From: Amoebidium appalachense
Taxonomy: Eukaryota; Protista; Ichthyosporea
Direction: 5' to 3'
NCBI GenBank assembly: GCA_963693365.1
Contig: CAVNZM010000002.1
Location: 4,604,259 to 4,668,258, forward strand
Length of the DNA stretch: 64,000 nucleotides
Shown: positions 20,679 to 49,730 of the stretch, one piece after another
Layout of the letters: each line of letters opens with the position of its first letter
Numbering within the stretch: position 1 is the stretch's first letter
Notes under the pieces: generated by a model
The model's input: only the letters and a program-made list of their open reading frames with translations
Told to the model about the DNA's origin: nothing
Database searches by the model: none
Program-made: the position numbers and the translations under genes

Positions 20679-22199
20679 CAGACACACAGACACGCACCGT
20701 ACACACACACACACACACACGCACCGTACACACAGACACACACACACCTACACACGCACACACACACACACGTACACAAACAAGCACACGTACACACACG
20801 TACACACACACACACCCTCCAAGTCCTCCTCCTGCACAAGCATGACATGGTGCTGCCTGCCTTCTCCCGTGCGTGCCCAGCCACCCAAACAATAGGTCAC
20901 GTGCAGGCCCTTGCCCCCCTCCTTCTGCCTCTTGGTGTACTTGTAGAGCATCCTGCCCCCACCGACAGTCAGCCATTTCCTTTTATGGTCACCTACTGTG
21001 TGCAAACGCTAGGTCCGCCCATACAACTGGTTTCCGAACGGCTGAACACAACTGGCATGATTCTCTGCTGCCAAACACGGTTTTATTAAAACACGGTGGA
21101 TTCTGACAGCCAGTGGCCGATCCGTACAAACCTGTTCATTCAGTCGATGCTATTATTGACAGGTTTGTGACTCAAGCTCAACGGGGAAAAAAAAAAAAAC
21201 GACAGTATTTAATCTGCCAAGTGCATCGTCTCCTCCCCACGCCCATTCGACACATGCTACGAGATTTGCTATTGGAGAGAGCAGGGGAAAAGAAGGTGAG
21301 CGTGGAAAAAAAACAAGGAGAAGGACGGCAAAACAAGCAACCCGACACACCACTTACTGTTTGGAAACATTGACAGGCACCTCCAGCTCACGGCTTAGCC
21401 ATTTGTATGTGACCTGAAAGCAGGAAAACGTCAGGGATTTTAGCACCCGCCGGGAAGATTCGTGGGAAGCGTGTGCAGGGGGTGAGGAAGAGGGCGCGCA
21501 CGGTGGGTGGGTGTTTGGGTGGGAGGAGGGGGAGGGGGGGGGGGGGGGAAGGGGGGGGGAGGAGGAGCGGGGGGAGGGAGGGCAAGGGAGGACAAGGTGA
21601 CGCGGGGTGGTGCGTGTGTCGGTTCGTGGTGGTGGTGGTGGTTTGCTAAACAATGTGTGTTTGGTAGTAGTTGCAGGGGGGAGGGGGGGGAGGGCTGAGG
21701 AGTGTGTGTGTGTGTGTGCGTGTGCGTGTGTGTAAGCCAGATTGTGTTCTTTGTGTGTACGTGCTTGTGTTTGTGTATGTGTGCTTGCGAGCGTGGAAGC
21801 ACATACACATGTATTCGCGTGCCAGTGCACAGGTGTATGTAATTTTACAAAAATGCAAATACGCTGCTGTGCTACCTTGCATTCATAAAGATTCCCAATC
21901 AACTCACCATCGCAGGCATAAAAAAGCAGAATCCAAGGGAATGTGCAAGAGCAAGGAGAGGCCTGCGGGAAATGTAGTGAGAGGGGGGGGGGGGGGGGGG
22001 GAGGGGTGTGGGGAGGGGGGGAGGGAAGGTCTTGGTATGGGGTCCGGGGATAGTACTATGGTAAAAGACAGGTAAAGGGAGAATGGATATGAGATTAAAA
22101 GGTGTCATAGAGGGGAGGTGGGGGTTTACATACGATTTTTTGCTCTGCGTAGATGCACGTGTCGATAGTTTCCATAAAAGTCGACCCGGTGCCATCCAT
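12108..22199 (-). CDS. POLD3: DNA polymerase delta subunit 3 (p66/Cdc27/Pol32), 13 coding exons, ~538 aa
   Basis: Exons 22199-22134, 21413-21358, 20952-20816, 20177-20110, 19245-19178, 18616-18514, 17105-16798, 16187-16111, 15269-15172, 14376-14059, 13338-13267, 12713-12641 and 12280-12108 join in frame (1617 nt). The N-terminus [28 protein letters not shown]...LHVTYCLGG...HIYSVQP matches the Cdc27 winged-helix domain. A charged low-complexity middle is followed by a DGYF DPIM-like motif and a C-terminal PIP box [11 protein letters not shown]-stop. The start sits in a gccATGg context. Confidence 0.93.
15015..15120 (-). repeat. Dispersed poly-C-flanked element, diverged copy (POLD3 intron)
   Basis: Reverse complement GAAGATTGGCTCTGTGG...GTGTTTGCACTG...GTACTCTGTCACTCATTCTACC aligns to the family by eye. 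Confidence 0.55.
17453..17668 (-). repeat. Dispersed poly-C-flanked element, two-unit copy (POLD3 intron)
   Basis: Reverse complement reads CCTGAGGATGGGCTCTGCTTATTATGCATACT...CTCTAACACAATCCCCCCC, then ATGGCTGATGTTGCATACTTGAATG...CCGCATTCAAACCCCCC; the second unit is nearly identical to 9268-9367. Confidence 0.92.
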
Positions 22200-22305
22200 G
22201 GCTGCTGTGTGCTCGGTGGCTGGGGGGCATTGCAATGATGCACTGCATCAGAAACGGGTTAAAAGTGTGGTGGGGTGGGGGAGATGGAGGGTGGAGGAAA
22301 GAGGT

Positions 22306-22352
<47 letters not shown>

Positions 22353-22546
22353 GGGGGGGAGGTGGCTGGGGAAAGAGAGAGGGGGATGGCCTTAGGGAAG
22401 CTGGAAAAGACAATATGTCGTGGTGAAAGAAGGCGCGTGCGCCCGCGCGCGCGTGTGTGTGCGTGTGTTCGTGCGGGTGTGAGTGTGTGTGCGTGTGTGT
22501 GCGTGCAGGCAAGCTCAGCATGTGCACATGCACTTGCTTGTGTGTG

Positions 22547-22647
<101 letters not shown>

Positions 22648-22694
22648 GTGTGTGTGTGCGCGTGCGCGCGTACATATGTATTGTGTGTGTGTGT

Positions 22695-22727
<33 letters not shown>

Positions 22728-23130
22728 ATAGCGTGCGCGGGGAAAGGGCAGGCGTGTGTGTGCGTGTGTGTGAATGAGTGTTTGCATGATTCTCCCTTTG
22801 TCGATATATTGGCTTTGTATCAATGAAAACATTCAAATACCAGCGGCTATTAATAGTGCACTAGTAGATTTACCAATTCGTTTCACCTACCAAAAGGAGC
22901 TGCCTAAGTATACCAGTGCACACAGTGAGTCCACCATGCAAACGATCGTCACCCATTTCCCCTTCAAACCAAGTGGTAGCTTCCACATGTTTATGCATTC
23001 ATCAAAGGGTAGTCTTAATGAAACTGCGAAGAAAAAACAAGACTGCACATTCTCGAAGATCATAACACTTTCCGCGTGGGGGAGGGGAGGAGGAGGGGGG
23101 GGGGAGGAGGGGGGGGGGGGGGGGGGGGGA

Positions 23131-23163
<33 letters not shown>

Positions 23164-23559
23164 GGAGGAGGAAGGGCTCACCGGTGCAGTTATCTTTAGT
23201 ATGTTGTTGCCAGGAAAAGGCACTTAGGAACAACGAAATATGTCCACGCAGAAACAGAATCAGCACTTACGTTCAAACTTATCTTTAAGTTATGTATATG
23301 CGGTTGGGGTGTTGGTATGTTGATTACCGTTTTCTTCTTGAACGTTGTGTGTGCTCAGAGGGCCTGCGGTACTCTGTCTCGATGAGCCTCAAGGTGAATC
23401 TGGTGATGGTTTAACCGTCGCGTAATGAAACACAAAGCATGTGATTTTCCACGCTCGCTTTTCCTAAAACTTTTCACACTGCCAGGGCGAAGCTCAAGGG
23501 ACAAACGACATTAGGAGGCCTTGGGGAAAAAGGTGCCACTGGGTTGAACAGAGCGTTCG

Positions 23560-23745
23560 AAAGTTTCGCGTTCGCGAAGCTGAGGCTGCTCCCGCCATTT
23601 TTTTGGAGTAGCCAATCAGCGTGCACTCCACGAACGATGGCGCAAACAAAAGGGCCGTCTATTTTTGACGTTTATAACTAAAAATAGCCTTCTTCGGCCC
23701 GCTTGCCGGCCAGCGACAAAGTGCCAAGCTCATTTCCGATTGGAC
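23560..23745 (-). promoter_or_regulatory. Putative POLD3 promoter with E2F-like, YY1-like and CCAAT motifs
   Basis: TTTCGCG at 23564-23570, CCGCCATTTT at 23592-23601, AGCCAATCAG at ~23610 and GATTGG at ~23738, clustered in unique microsatellite-free DNA upstream of POLD3. Motif matches only. Confidence 0.45.
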
Positions 23746-24275
23746 GAGTCGGGTCCAATAAGTTTGTGAGGTAGCGTGAAACTCTATCTCTTTTGTATAC
23801 AAAAGTATTGGGCCAGTCGGAACAAGTGGAACAAGAGTCAATCAGAGATCTATGTATTACTACTTAGATTTTTTACTTGTAACAGCTAATAATAACTGTT
23901 TAAAATCTGAAAAAAACACCGCATGTTATAAGATCAGCAATGGGATGATATCACAAAAACCAAGCAGACAGTTACGTATCTTGAAAGTTTCTTACACTAT
24001 TCCATAAAAGAAATATGTCCAATCAGAAACCGGTGCAGTTAAGAATCCAAGGCGAGGTTTAGGAGGACCTCCCCTCAATTGGCATCTGTGGCTCAGCGAC
24101 GTATCACGTGTGTGAACACAATCTGACGTTCATGCACGGTGTGGCCGTTGTCATATGAAAAACGCTGCAGATTACAGAGCAGGTATACAGACGTTAAAAA
24201 TGCAGAAGTGCTTAGAAACCTGACCCATTTTCCAAAAATATGAGTACTGGGTATTTAGCCTCACAAAGCTCAAAT

Positions 24276-25406
24276 TTATCTCCTCCGGATCCGTGCACGA
24301 GTAAGGCATTTTTGTATTTTCTTCTCTGAGATATCTGTGATATCTCGCATGCTTCTCTTTTCTTTTGACTGGATTTATTCGACGGAAAGATATGCAAGTA
24401 TGCACGGCATACTGAGAAGACAATAAAAACTTCACGTGTTATCCAGTAACAAGTGCATACTGAGATACCTGAACACTGTGTGAAAATCAGATAAATACTC
24501 AATGTGACGACCAACAGAATTCAACAAAAAGTCTAGAGTGTTCACATTGCCAGCCAGTGTAGCAGACACCCGTAGGGAAAGAGGTAAAACGCGACATAAA
24601 AACTCACACCTATCAACATGCTTTCGATGAAAAAGTTCAGCACAAAAGTGGCACCAGCGGCGATGGAAACAAGAATTACAACGCCACTGCACAACTTCCC
24701 AGGCAATATCAACATCAGAGCACCATACAGACTTATCTACTAGCTATAGGGTGGTATCCATACGTACAGCAGGAGAAATGTATCCTGCCAAAGCTCCCAA
24801 AAAGCGATAATAATCAGTACGGTGTTGCCTAAGGAACATAACACATGCCGACTGAGTTTTACCTTTGATTTCTCTATGAGAACGAGAAAGAAACTTATAC
24901 TGCGTATGGTAAGAATTTCGAAAAGCAGGAAAAACAGGAAGAGAAAAGAAAGAGGGAGTGAGATGGCGAGAGAAAGGATCAGGTTGAAAGAGGGTAGGCT
25001 GAGGACGTTCATAAGTGGCGTTGGTGAATCGGGGGGGAAGAGGGATGGACGGGGGGGGGGGGAAAGGAAGCACAAAGAGGGTGACCATCAGGTATCCTAA
25101 CTAAATGAAAACAAAAACGAAGAGACAATTCCTCCATACGACAAACAGCAGACGACAATCCAAATATACTAACTAAGGGAGGCACAAACCGAGTACGAAA
25201 CAAAGTGCGCAGCGCTGTACCCTGAAAATCGTCGAACTCTTTCAGCGCCACGGCCGCCTCGCGAGGTGGGGCGCAGGTTCTCCTTACCGTATGATGAGTT
25301 TTCTCGGATATATGATTATCTTAGTCGTTATCTCTTCCGTATGCGTGAGCAAGGCATTTTTGTATTTTCTTCTCTGAGATATCTGAGATATCTCGCATGC
25401 TTCTCT
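24276..25406. repeat. ~80-bp direct repeats (24276-24358 and 25328-25406) bounding ~1 kb; possible relic of a mobile element
   Basis: AAGGCATTTTTGTATTTTCTTCTCTGAGATATCTG(T/A)GATATCTCGCATGCTTCTCT is present at both ends, with weaker similarity extending upstream. Confidence 0.8.
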
Positions 25407-26313
25407 CTTGATGAGCTTATCAATAAAGTCATTATAAAAAAAATTCCGTGTGGCCGAATTATAATATCGCTGCTCTCGGCCTCAAATATCTGTTATTGAT
25501 CCCAAAAATATGCAATATTGAGCTTACCATTACTCTTAATTTTTTGTGTCTTATATTCTCTCATAAAATGCTACAATAATAGCCTAATAATAACCTATGC
25601 TTTATTCATTGCAAACCCTGCTCGTTTTTCTGAACCCCGAAATTCGATGCCGTTACTTTTACTTGATCTAGGAGGTTAGAAATTATGTTCGTGTGCCGCA
25701 CGGTGTTCACCGGCCGCACCAAATTTGAACTTTGTGGGACGGAAACTTTGAGTTCATGTTTTCAACATTTCTTCCGGCCGGTGTTGAGAGACTGAGCCTC
25801 TTTCAGTTGTACAAATTGGTTATACATGTCTACGTAGTTGATGTGGGCTGGCATCAGGTTTTAATAAGCATTCGAAGTTGTAGCTGTCACGCTTCACTTG
25901 GAAGGGCCGTCGGTGCCTTGTCTCATCCGTGTATTTCAAATAAGCTTGCCCTGCCAACTCGAAATGTTCTGTAATTCGAGGAAGCCAACAACACACAGCT
26001 GAAAAGAGAATATTGCAAGAAAACCGACACACTCACAATATTATCTACACGAAGTTTCAGCCTTTTGAATCATTAATCTTTTGATCGTTACGAGGAAAGA
26101 ACTGGAGTGGCCTACGTTATCAAGTCTTGTCGGGTGACAAGTCTACAACCCAGCTTATCCGGGCTGCTTGTCTTTTTGGATAATGGTGCTCGGGAAGGCT
26201 GATGACCAGCTAATACGCTAAGCATCGGGAGCTTGAGGCATGGGTTCGCTTGTTGTTCCAGGCTAGCTTCTTGGCTGGCTGAGTTTTTTATTCATCCCCC
26301 GTCAACTTGACCA

Positions 26314-41843
<15,530 letters not shown>

Positions 41844-42459
41844 ACCCCCCACATACATGGTTTTTAAATAAGTATCCCTATTCATATCTGGTATGAACCC
41901 TTTGCATGGGACGGAATTTCTGAAATTTAGACAGATGTATGATATGTTGGTTACTTATGCAAAGCCTGTATCTCACGCGATACCCGCACATTTACTGTTG
42001 AAATGGATGAACTATACGCCTTGTTGTTCTATTGAGCAACACAAGTTGCCAGTTGTTACTATGGATATATAGTCAGTGGTGAGCCACACGTGTATAAACT
42101 GTGTACATATGCATACCCCTGGATCGCCTGTTAAGTCGGTGCTGAATGATATGTGGGTGCCCGAATTCAACTGCCACGTGCGGTTTAGAAATTTGCCGAC
42201 ACCAAGAAATACAAATATATGCGAAAGAGAAGTTCTGTCCATCCACCGATGGCTCTTTCTAGGACTGTCACACTTCAATCTGACTGGCTCAGGGACCTCT
42301 GCGTGCGCAACCTGTTCTATAGCTGTGTTTCTGCCAAGCTTGTGTGGTCCCATGTGTCACGTGTACTTTCAAGATCATCCATATTCCCATTTTGAGGCTC
42401 GACGCATATGTATACGACATTTAATTCCGAGAAGTTTTCTGCCCCACCATTCCGGATCC

Positions 42460-42507
<48 letters not shown>

Positions 42508-42667
42508 CCCCTCCCCGACGGCCACCATCAGCCAAAAATCCACACGCGCCACCCACGACACACACACGCATTCACACACAGAGTGAGTGAGTGAGAGAGA
42601 GAGATCTAGAAAGAGGTCTAGAGAGAGAAAGGTCTAGAGAGAGAGAGAGAGAGGGAGAGAGAGGGAG

Positions 42668-42711
<44 letters not shown>

Positions 42712-44027
42712 CGAGAGAGAGAGGGAGAGAGAGAGATAATTGGGAGGGAAATGTACACATGCGGGACGCACGAGCATGTACACACACACGACTGGTGTGC
42801 CCGGGCCCGTTGTCATGCACATCCGATTCGGCGGGGTCCACAAACGTGGTGCACACAGTTATTAGTCGAAAGATGTAGACCGTTCGAGTTGTGCATATGC
42901 GACTACGCGTTGAAGACAGTTGCTAACCCACATATGCAAAGTGACGCTGTATGGAGCACAGTGACACATGCGTGTGACACACACACACACACACGTATAG
43001 TATAATAAAAACAAACAAAATGGGAATATTTCACACCTCGATCCTGCACGTAACCTCGCAAAGGTACCTGATCTCTCTTAGTGTGACACCAAACCATACT
43101 GACGCACCAATGCATACAGTGTGCCGTAGGCAAGCTGGTGGCAAGGGATGAATGAGTGAGTGACTGAGTGAGTGTGTGAGCATGTGAGCATGTGTTACGG
43201 GGGAAGGGGGGAGAATCAAGAGAATCAAAGGGGGGGTGACAGATAGCTGCAGTGATCTTCCATGTCTGGTTTATTAATACAAAATCTTTACTGGGATTTG
43301 GACACCTGTGCCCATGCTACATACATTGTAAAAGAGTCATTCCCTATAGACTTACACGGCTATGCCAATATGCTATATATGGTATGTGCGTGGATCGAAA
43401 ACGTTCCAAGCGCAACCCAAACTAGGTTACTGAGGCATGCGTCATCTGTCTTGTGCATGTCAAACATGTGTATGGGAGTTTAAAACCTGTATCATATCGT
43501 GCGTGTGTGTTTTTTTGTGGGTGAAATATCAGGTCTGGTGAGTCTCAGTGTGTTTTTGTGTGAAGTGATTCATGGTTCAGCAACCTCTAATCATCTCAAA
43601 CAGCAATCTTGTGTGTGGTTACCAAAATACTATGTAGCACCACGAAGGTCGTATATTAAAAAAAAAGGACAGAAAACACCCGGCTTATTAGCTCATATAG
43701 ATCCCATCACACCGCTATGACTAAAACTTTAAAGGGATAGCAAAACACTGAACTCCTATATTCGCACAGGCAGTACTCGAAATCGTCGATTACACACGAG
43801 GACAAACTCACTGGTGTGCTAATCGGTTTCGGTGGCCCGGAATATCAGCCCCCCCCCCCCCCCCTCCCCCCCCCCCCCCCCTCTCCATAGAGACTATCAA
43901 ATAATATGTTCAACTATTCACAGCAAAGCATAGTTTAGGGCCATCCCTGTAGGCCAACAACAACTAAATTGATCATTAAGGCATCTTAAAGACATCGAGT
44001 TATCAGCGCTTGGGCTCAGAGAGAGCA

Positions 44028-46725
44028 CTAACTTGATGCAGAGTCATTTTCTGTGGTTACAGGGACCTCAATCCTCCCTTCCTCCTTATCTTCCTCCCTC
44101 ACATCCTCTTTTATCTCCCTCCTGTCAACCTCCTTTGTGTCCTCCTCCTTACTGTCATCTCCTTCTACATTGACTGCCATAGCCCCCTCCTGGTTATCAT
44201 GGGCCACCTGCCGAACCGTCCTTTCCCCTGCCAAATCCAATCCCTCGGCCGTGTCAACTCCTTCGATCTTGTTTTCCTCACTAGTGAGTTCCTCGCCAAC
44301 GTCACGCCCGACACGAACGTATGAAACGAGTGAAGACCGGCCCACGGCAAGTTGGGCATCGGCCCGAACCGAATCTGCCAGGCCGCTTCTTGAAATGATC
44401 GTTCGCTGTGTGAGTCCGTTCTGCACAAACGTGATGTTCTGCTGGAAAATGACACCGTCCACTGGGGGGTGAGGGGGGAAGGGGGTGTGTTAGCTGATTG
44501 TGTGTGATGTCTTGCAGGGGGACGAGTCGTTTATACATGAGTATACTTTACGTGAGAAGTATACTCATGTACAGAGTCCTTTAAGCAAGAGGGCATGTGC
44601 ATTGACATGGGCCTTAAAGCAACACGGTGTGATGGCTTGCCATGAATTATTGGTAACCGTGCGCGTGCGAGGCAGCTGCAGTTCCTAAGTGGAAGGGACT
44701 GGGTGGGTTGTGTGTGTGTTGAATGGTGCAAAGGTGCGCGTGCACGTGTGTGCATGTATGTGTGTGTGTGGTTGTGTGTACAATGTGTGTGCAATGTGTG
44801 CGTGTGTATGCGCGCGCGTGTGCATAGCGCCAGCGAATGTGCATTCAGTGAGTACGGGGGATGGAGGGGAGCGGATAAGGGAGGGGAGCAGAGATGGGTG
44901 GGGCACGTACGTATACACGTTGGGCTTTCGGCAGTGTTGTGGTACCCAGTATTGCAGCTGCCCACATTGCACACCGAGGACGTGGCATTGTTGCACGTCG
45001 ACTGCCCGGGCTGGCAGTGGGGGGCATCCGGACACCCTGTGCACCCGGGGTCGTATGTGAGGTTTCCGTAGGCACATGACTCGGACGGGTATTCTCCGTC
45101 CGGGCACTGTGTGCACGACTCGCAGGCAGTCTGTGTGCCGTCCGACTGGATGCCGTCCGACTGGATAGTGTTGTTGAGCCAGTAGCCAGCCGAGCACTGC
45201 AGGCACCACGAGTTGGTGGAGTTGGTGCACCGGTTCATGTCGTCGACGCAGTTGAGCACAGAGGTGCACAGCCCGCACTGTGTGTCGGCGTTCTCCTGGC
45301 AGGGGCCTATGTAGTAGTAGTTGTCTGGGCACCGTGCGCAGTTCACGCACTGCGTGTCGATGAACGTGCTGCAGGGCACACGGCGCCACTGGAAGCTGTA
45401 GTTGCACTTTGTGCACTTCTTGCACACACGGTCGCTGATCGACGTGGGCGCCTGGTACTCGTAGTAGCCCTCGTTGCAGTATGGCCGCCAACCTGTGGAT
45501 TGGGTGGGTGCCTGGGTGAGACTTTTTTTTTATTTTTTATTTTTTTATTTTCTTTTTCCCTCTGGGGGGGGGGGGGGGGGGGGGGGGGGAAGAGAGCACG
45601 ATTATAGATGCCCTAGATCGCTAAAGAATGTGCCAGTGATATTTATAAGGAGGAACGGAGACCGGTAGGAAAGGGGTGAAAGGGGAAGGAGTGGGCTAGA
45701 TGTATGCTTCCTGTTTTCCTTTCTTTTGTTCCTTCCGTTTTTGTTCTTCTCTTTATACAAACTATTTATGTATTCCACAAACCCATCCACCCTAACATGC
45801 ACCCACACACCCACACACCCACGTGTATTTATATCAACGGTTTTCGAAGACACGTGGGAGAAGCGGGGGGGGGGGGGGGGGGGGGGGAAGGGGGGGTGTC
45901 CATCATACGTCTGCATGGGGACGCGAATTCAGGTCTGGGCTGCTCACTGCATGCCGACCCCCAGCATGGGTGGCCCTGTAACTCCTTGACTGCAGCGTCA
46001 TAGTATCGGTCCCAATACCTGGTGTCGTATTTCCAGTAGCTGTTGCTGAGATAGTTCTTGGCCGGCATGTGCACACACTTGCCTGTAGAAGGGTGTCGGT
46101 GTGAGGATTGGGTAGATCGGACACATCTTTCTTTTCGACACAAATGTATGCCTAGTTTCTTGTGCTCAACTTATTATATGCTATGTGCTAATTGTTCTTT
46201 TGGTATGTGTGTGTGTTTGGGGGGGGGGGGGGGGGGGGGGGGGGGGAAGGAGCGGGGAGAGGGGGGGGAGGGGGGAGTTGGGGGTGTTCTAGTGCGTTAC
46301 AGAGTAAAAGATACATTTTCACAGCGGGCAACACAATACAAATATTGCATAGCACACCAAAAATGCACCATAAACATAGTCCATCCTCAACGAGGGCCCA
46401 TGTTATCCTCAGTACCCGATTTTTGCCGGTTCGTGCAGGCAACAAAACTCAGACACTGCTTCACTCGCCATGGGTGGGTTACTCTTCCTGCCCCCCCCCC
46501 GGGGGTGGGGGTGGGGGAGGGGGGGGGGGGTGGGGGAGGGGGGGGGGGGGGGGAGGGGGGGGGGGGGGGGACTGGGGGTTTGAGGTGGTTCCCTACCATA
46601 GTTGGGACATGAAATGAATCTGCGCACGTGGGCAAGACCAAATCGGCTGATCCAGGCCAGATCATTGAGCTCATACCCCACAGAGGAAGGAATGTTGCCG
46701 TTGGCTGCATATTCGTACGTTTTCT

Positions 46726-46793
<68 letters not shown>

Positions 46794-47234
46794 ACGTGTT
46801 GACGTAGAGAAACAGGGGATGGGGGGCACGGTTAGAAGGGAATAAACGCAAGGATAAATAAGCACCTGATAATAAAAAGCGTTACAGGAAAGAGAAGCAA
46901 GCAATCAAAACATTCACTGTTGTGGTCAATAGCTGGAACTTATGAATGCTTGGGTTGGGGAAAAACCTCTGTGATCTGTGTGTAATGGGGAGATCGGGCA
47001 TCGGGCAGAGCGGGATGTTGGTGGTTGTGGTGGTTTGGGGGGAGGGGGGGGGGGGGGAGGAAGGGGGGGAATAGAGAGAGAGCGAGAGAGAGTATTACCA
47101 GATTCTCTATCTTCGTATAGGCACGAGTGCAGGGTGAAAGGCGAGAAAACATATTAGAGAGAAAAGAAGGGGATGGGGGTGGGTTCGAGTTGCATAACGA
47201 CACATCGCAAACAACAAACGCAAAAACAACACAC

Positions 47235-47274
<40 letters not shown>

Positions 47275-49693
47275 GAAGGCACATGGCACAGGGCGGAGCC
47301 GGGTGGGGGGGGGGGGGGAGATGGAGTACCTTATCCCAGCATTGGTACGTGTCGGAAGCAGCACAGTCCAGGGGTGGGGGTGCAGGGTTGTTGAAAAAGC
47401 CAGTGTTGCATTTTGATGACTTGCACATGGGCTTACTGGGGCACGAACACACCGTCTGGCCAATCGTGCAGTTGCGGGCGTTCGGGCAGCCTGTGTTTGT
47501 GCGTGTGTGCGTGTGTGCGTGTGTGTGCGTGTGTGCGCGCGCGAGTGCGGATAGAGTGATTGGAATAGGATGTGAGAATGTGGGGGGAACGGTTTAGTAG
47601 TTTGCGTCACAGAACAAAAGATGCATTTATGTGGGAAAAGACGGTGCGGATCCTGCAAAGCAAACACATGAATGCACCATAAGTAGAGCTCATCCTAAGG
47701 GGGCCCCAAGCCACCCACACTAGCCGAGTTTCGAGCCATTCACCTGGTGTATGAAATCTGACTTAGATACTGCTGTACTTCACTTGACAACATGGGTTGG
47801 GGTTGTGGAGTGGCGCGATGGTGATGGTGGTGTCGTTGTTGTTGTTGTTGGTGGTGGTGGTGGTGGTGGTGGTGGTGGTGGTGGTGGGGGGGGGGGGGGG
47901 GTATGAGCACACGTACGGGTGCATGCATCAGGGTAGTATCCGGTGCTTGCATTGTTCCAGAATCCGTCGCTGCAAATGGGGCAGCGCGCAGCCCAGGGCC
48001 CATCGGGGCAGACAATATCGGCCTTGGTGGTGTTGCAGTTGGCTATGGCCGCACACGCTGCATGGGGGAAAGGGGGAAAACATGAATCGACGGGAACATG
48101 GCAAATGGTAAAATCGTGGTTTTGGATAATGGGAGAGGCCAGTCCTTGGCTTGTGCTCTCGTGTTTTTATCCTTGGTTTCCTTTGACTTTTTTGATGGAG
48201 TGGGAGAGAGAGGGGAGGGGGGGGAGGGGGGGGGGGGGGGGGGGGAGGATGAGCAGGGGCACACTAATGAGCCGAGGGAAAGGTCCAAGGGCCCAGAAGT
48301 GGTTGTGGGAGGGGGGAGAGGGAGGGAAAAGAAAGGTGGGGGGGAGAAGGAGGAGGGGGGGTCTTACGTGAGCAGAACACCTTGGGGTGGGGGTCGTATT
48401 TAGTGGGGAAGCCCAGCTCATCACACTCCACATTCTTTGCGACACACTGGATGCCGATCGACAGATAGGCCGCACTGGCCGTGGTGACTCCACTGATAAT
48501 TTGGTCCGCAAACCCGGCATTGGGACTGGTCACCGACCCACGTGACAGATCTGGAGATTGGAAGAGAGAGAGATAATTTAGGGTTTTGTGTTGAATTTGA
48601 GGTCACGAATGCGCGGGTTTGTGTAGTGAGATGACTAATATATTTTGAACGAAACATGGTAGTAGTGGGGGAGGAAAGAGGAAGGAGAAGGAGTGTTGTA
48701 TGCATTGGGCGTGCTTTTGGGGGAGAGGGCGGGGTGGAGGGAAGTGAGATCACATCACATGTTATTAATAAGTACGAGTCTGAGACGACCTTTCGGAAGA
48801 GTGGTGGTGATGGTGAACGTGGTGGTGGTTGAGGCGGGGAGACGGGGGGGGGGGGAGGGGGAGGGGGGGGGGGGGGGGGGGGGAGGGAGAGGGGGGAAGG
48901 GGGAGACCTACCTATGAGCACTTTTCCCGATGTTGCGTTAAGGCGTGTGCCCAGAATGTAGATCCAGTCAGCGGGGTACGAGGCCTTGCTTGTGCCGAAT
49001 GCCTGGTTAATCTGGTCTTCAAACACCAGGAGCTGGCCTTGTGTGATCTCGTCCGGGGTAAACACAGTCTGAACAGTGGCCGGTGCCCCTGCATGATTTT
49101 AAAATGTAAGTTTAGGTTAGTTATGGGCATCAGTAAGACGGCGATAGTGTGATGCAGCAGTCAAAATCTGAACATGTTTGCAGCTGTAAGACGATCGAGC
49201 ATGGGATATGAAGCAGAGGAGTAAAGGGTAGAGGGGTAGAGGGTTTTTTGCCTTTCCCTTTTATCTTTGCCTTGTATTCTCTTTTGGCCGTTGTTGTAGT
49301 AGTGGTGATGGTGTGATTGGTGTTTGGGAGGGGGGGGGGGGGGGGGGGGGGGCTGGAGGTGGTCGGAATAGTAGTGGGATAAGGGTGAGGGGATGATTGG
49401 AAGGGGGAAGGGTGGGTGTGAATGGTCTGGATGAGTTGGAGGGGGGGGTAGAGGGGTAGGTAGGTATGAAACTTACGCTTGCAGGGGCCGCTCAGGGGGT
49501 TGTCCGGGCAGTCCCCGACCTGGTTGTAGTAGCCCATCCACGTCTTGCACTTGCCTGCCGCACAGCCCAACGTCACCTGGCCGGCACCATTGTCCGTGCA
49601 CACCTGGAACCCGGGTTGGCAGGTCTCGTCGAACGGGCACACTGCGTGTTTGTGTGTGCGCGTGTGCGTGTGTGTGTGTGTGCGCGTGTGCGC

Positions 49694-49730
<37 letters not shown>

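Noticed and set aside
41850-44020. ORFs in the convergent intergenic region, e.g. 42076-42594
   Set aside because: No recognisable protein features; lengths are inflated by poly-C and GA tracts.
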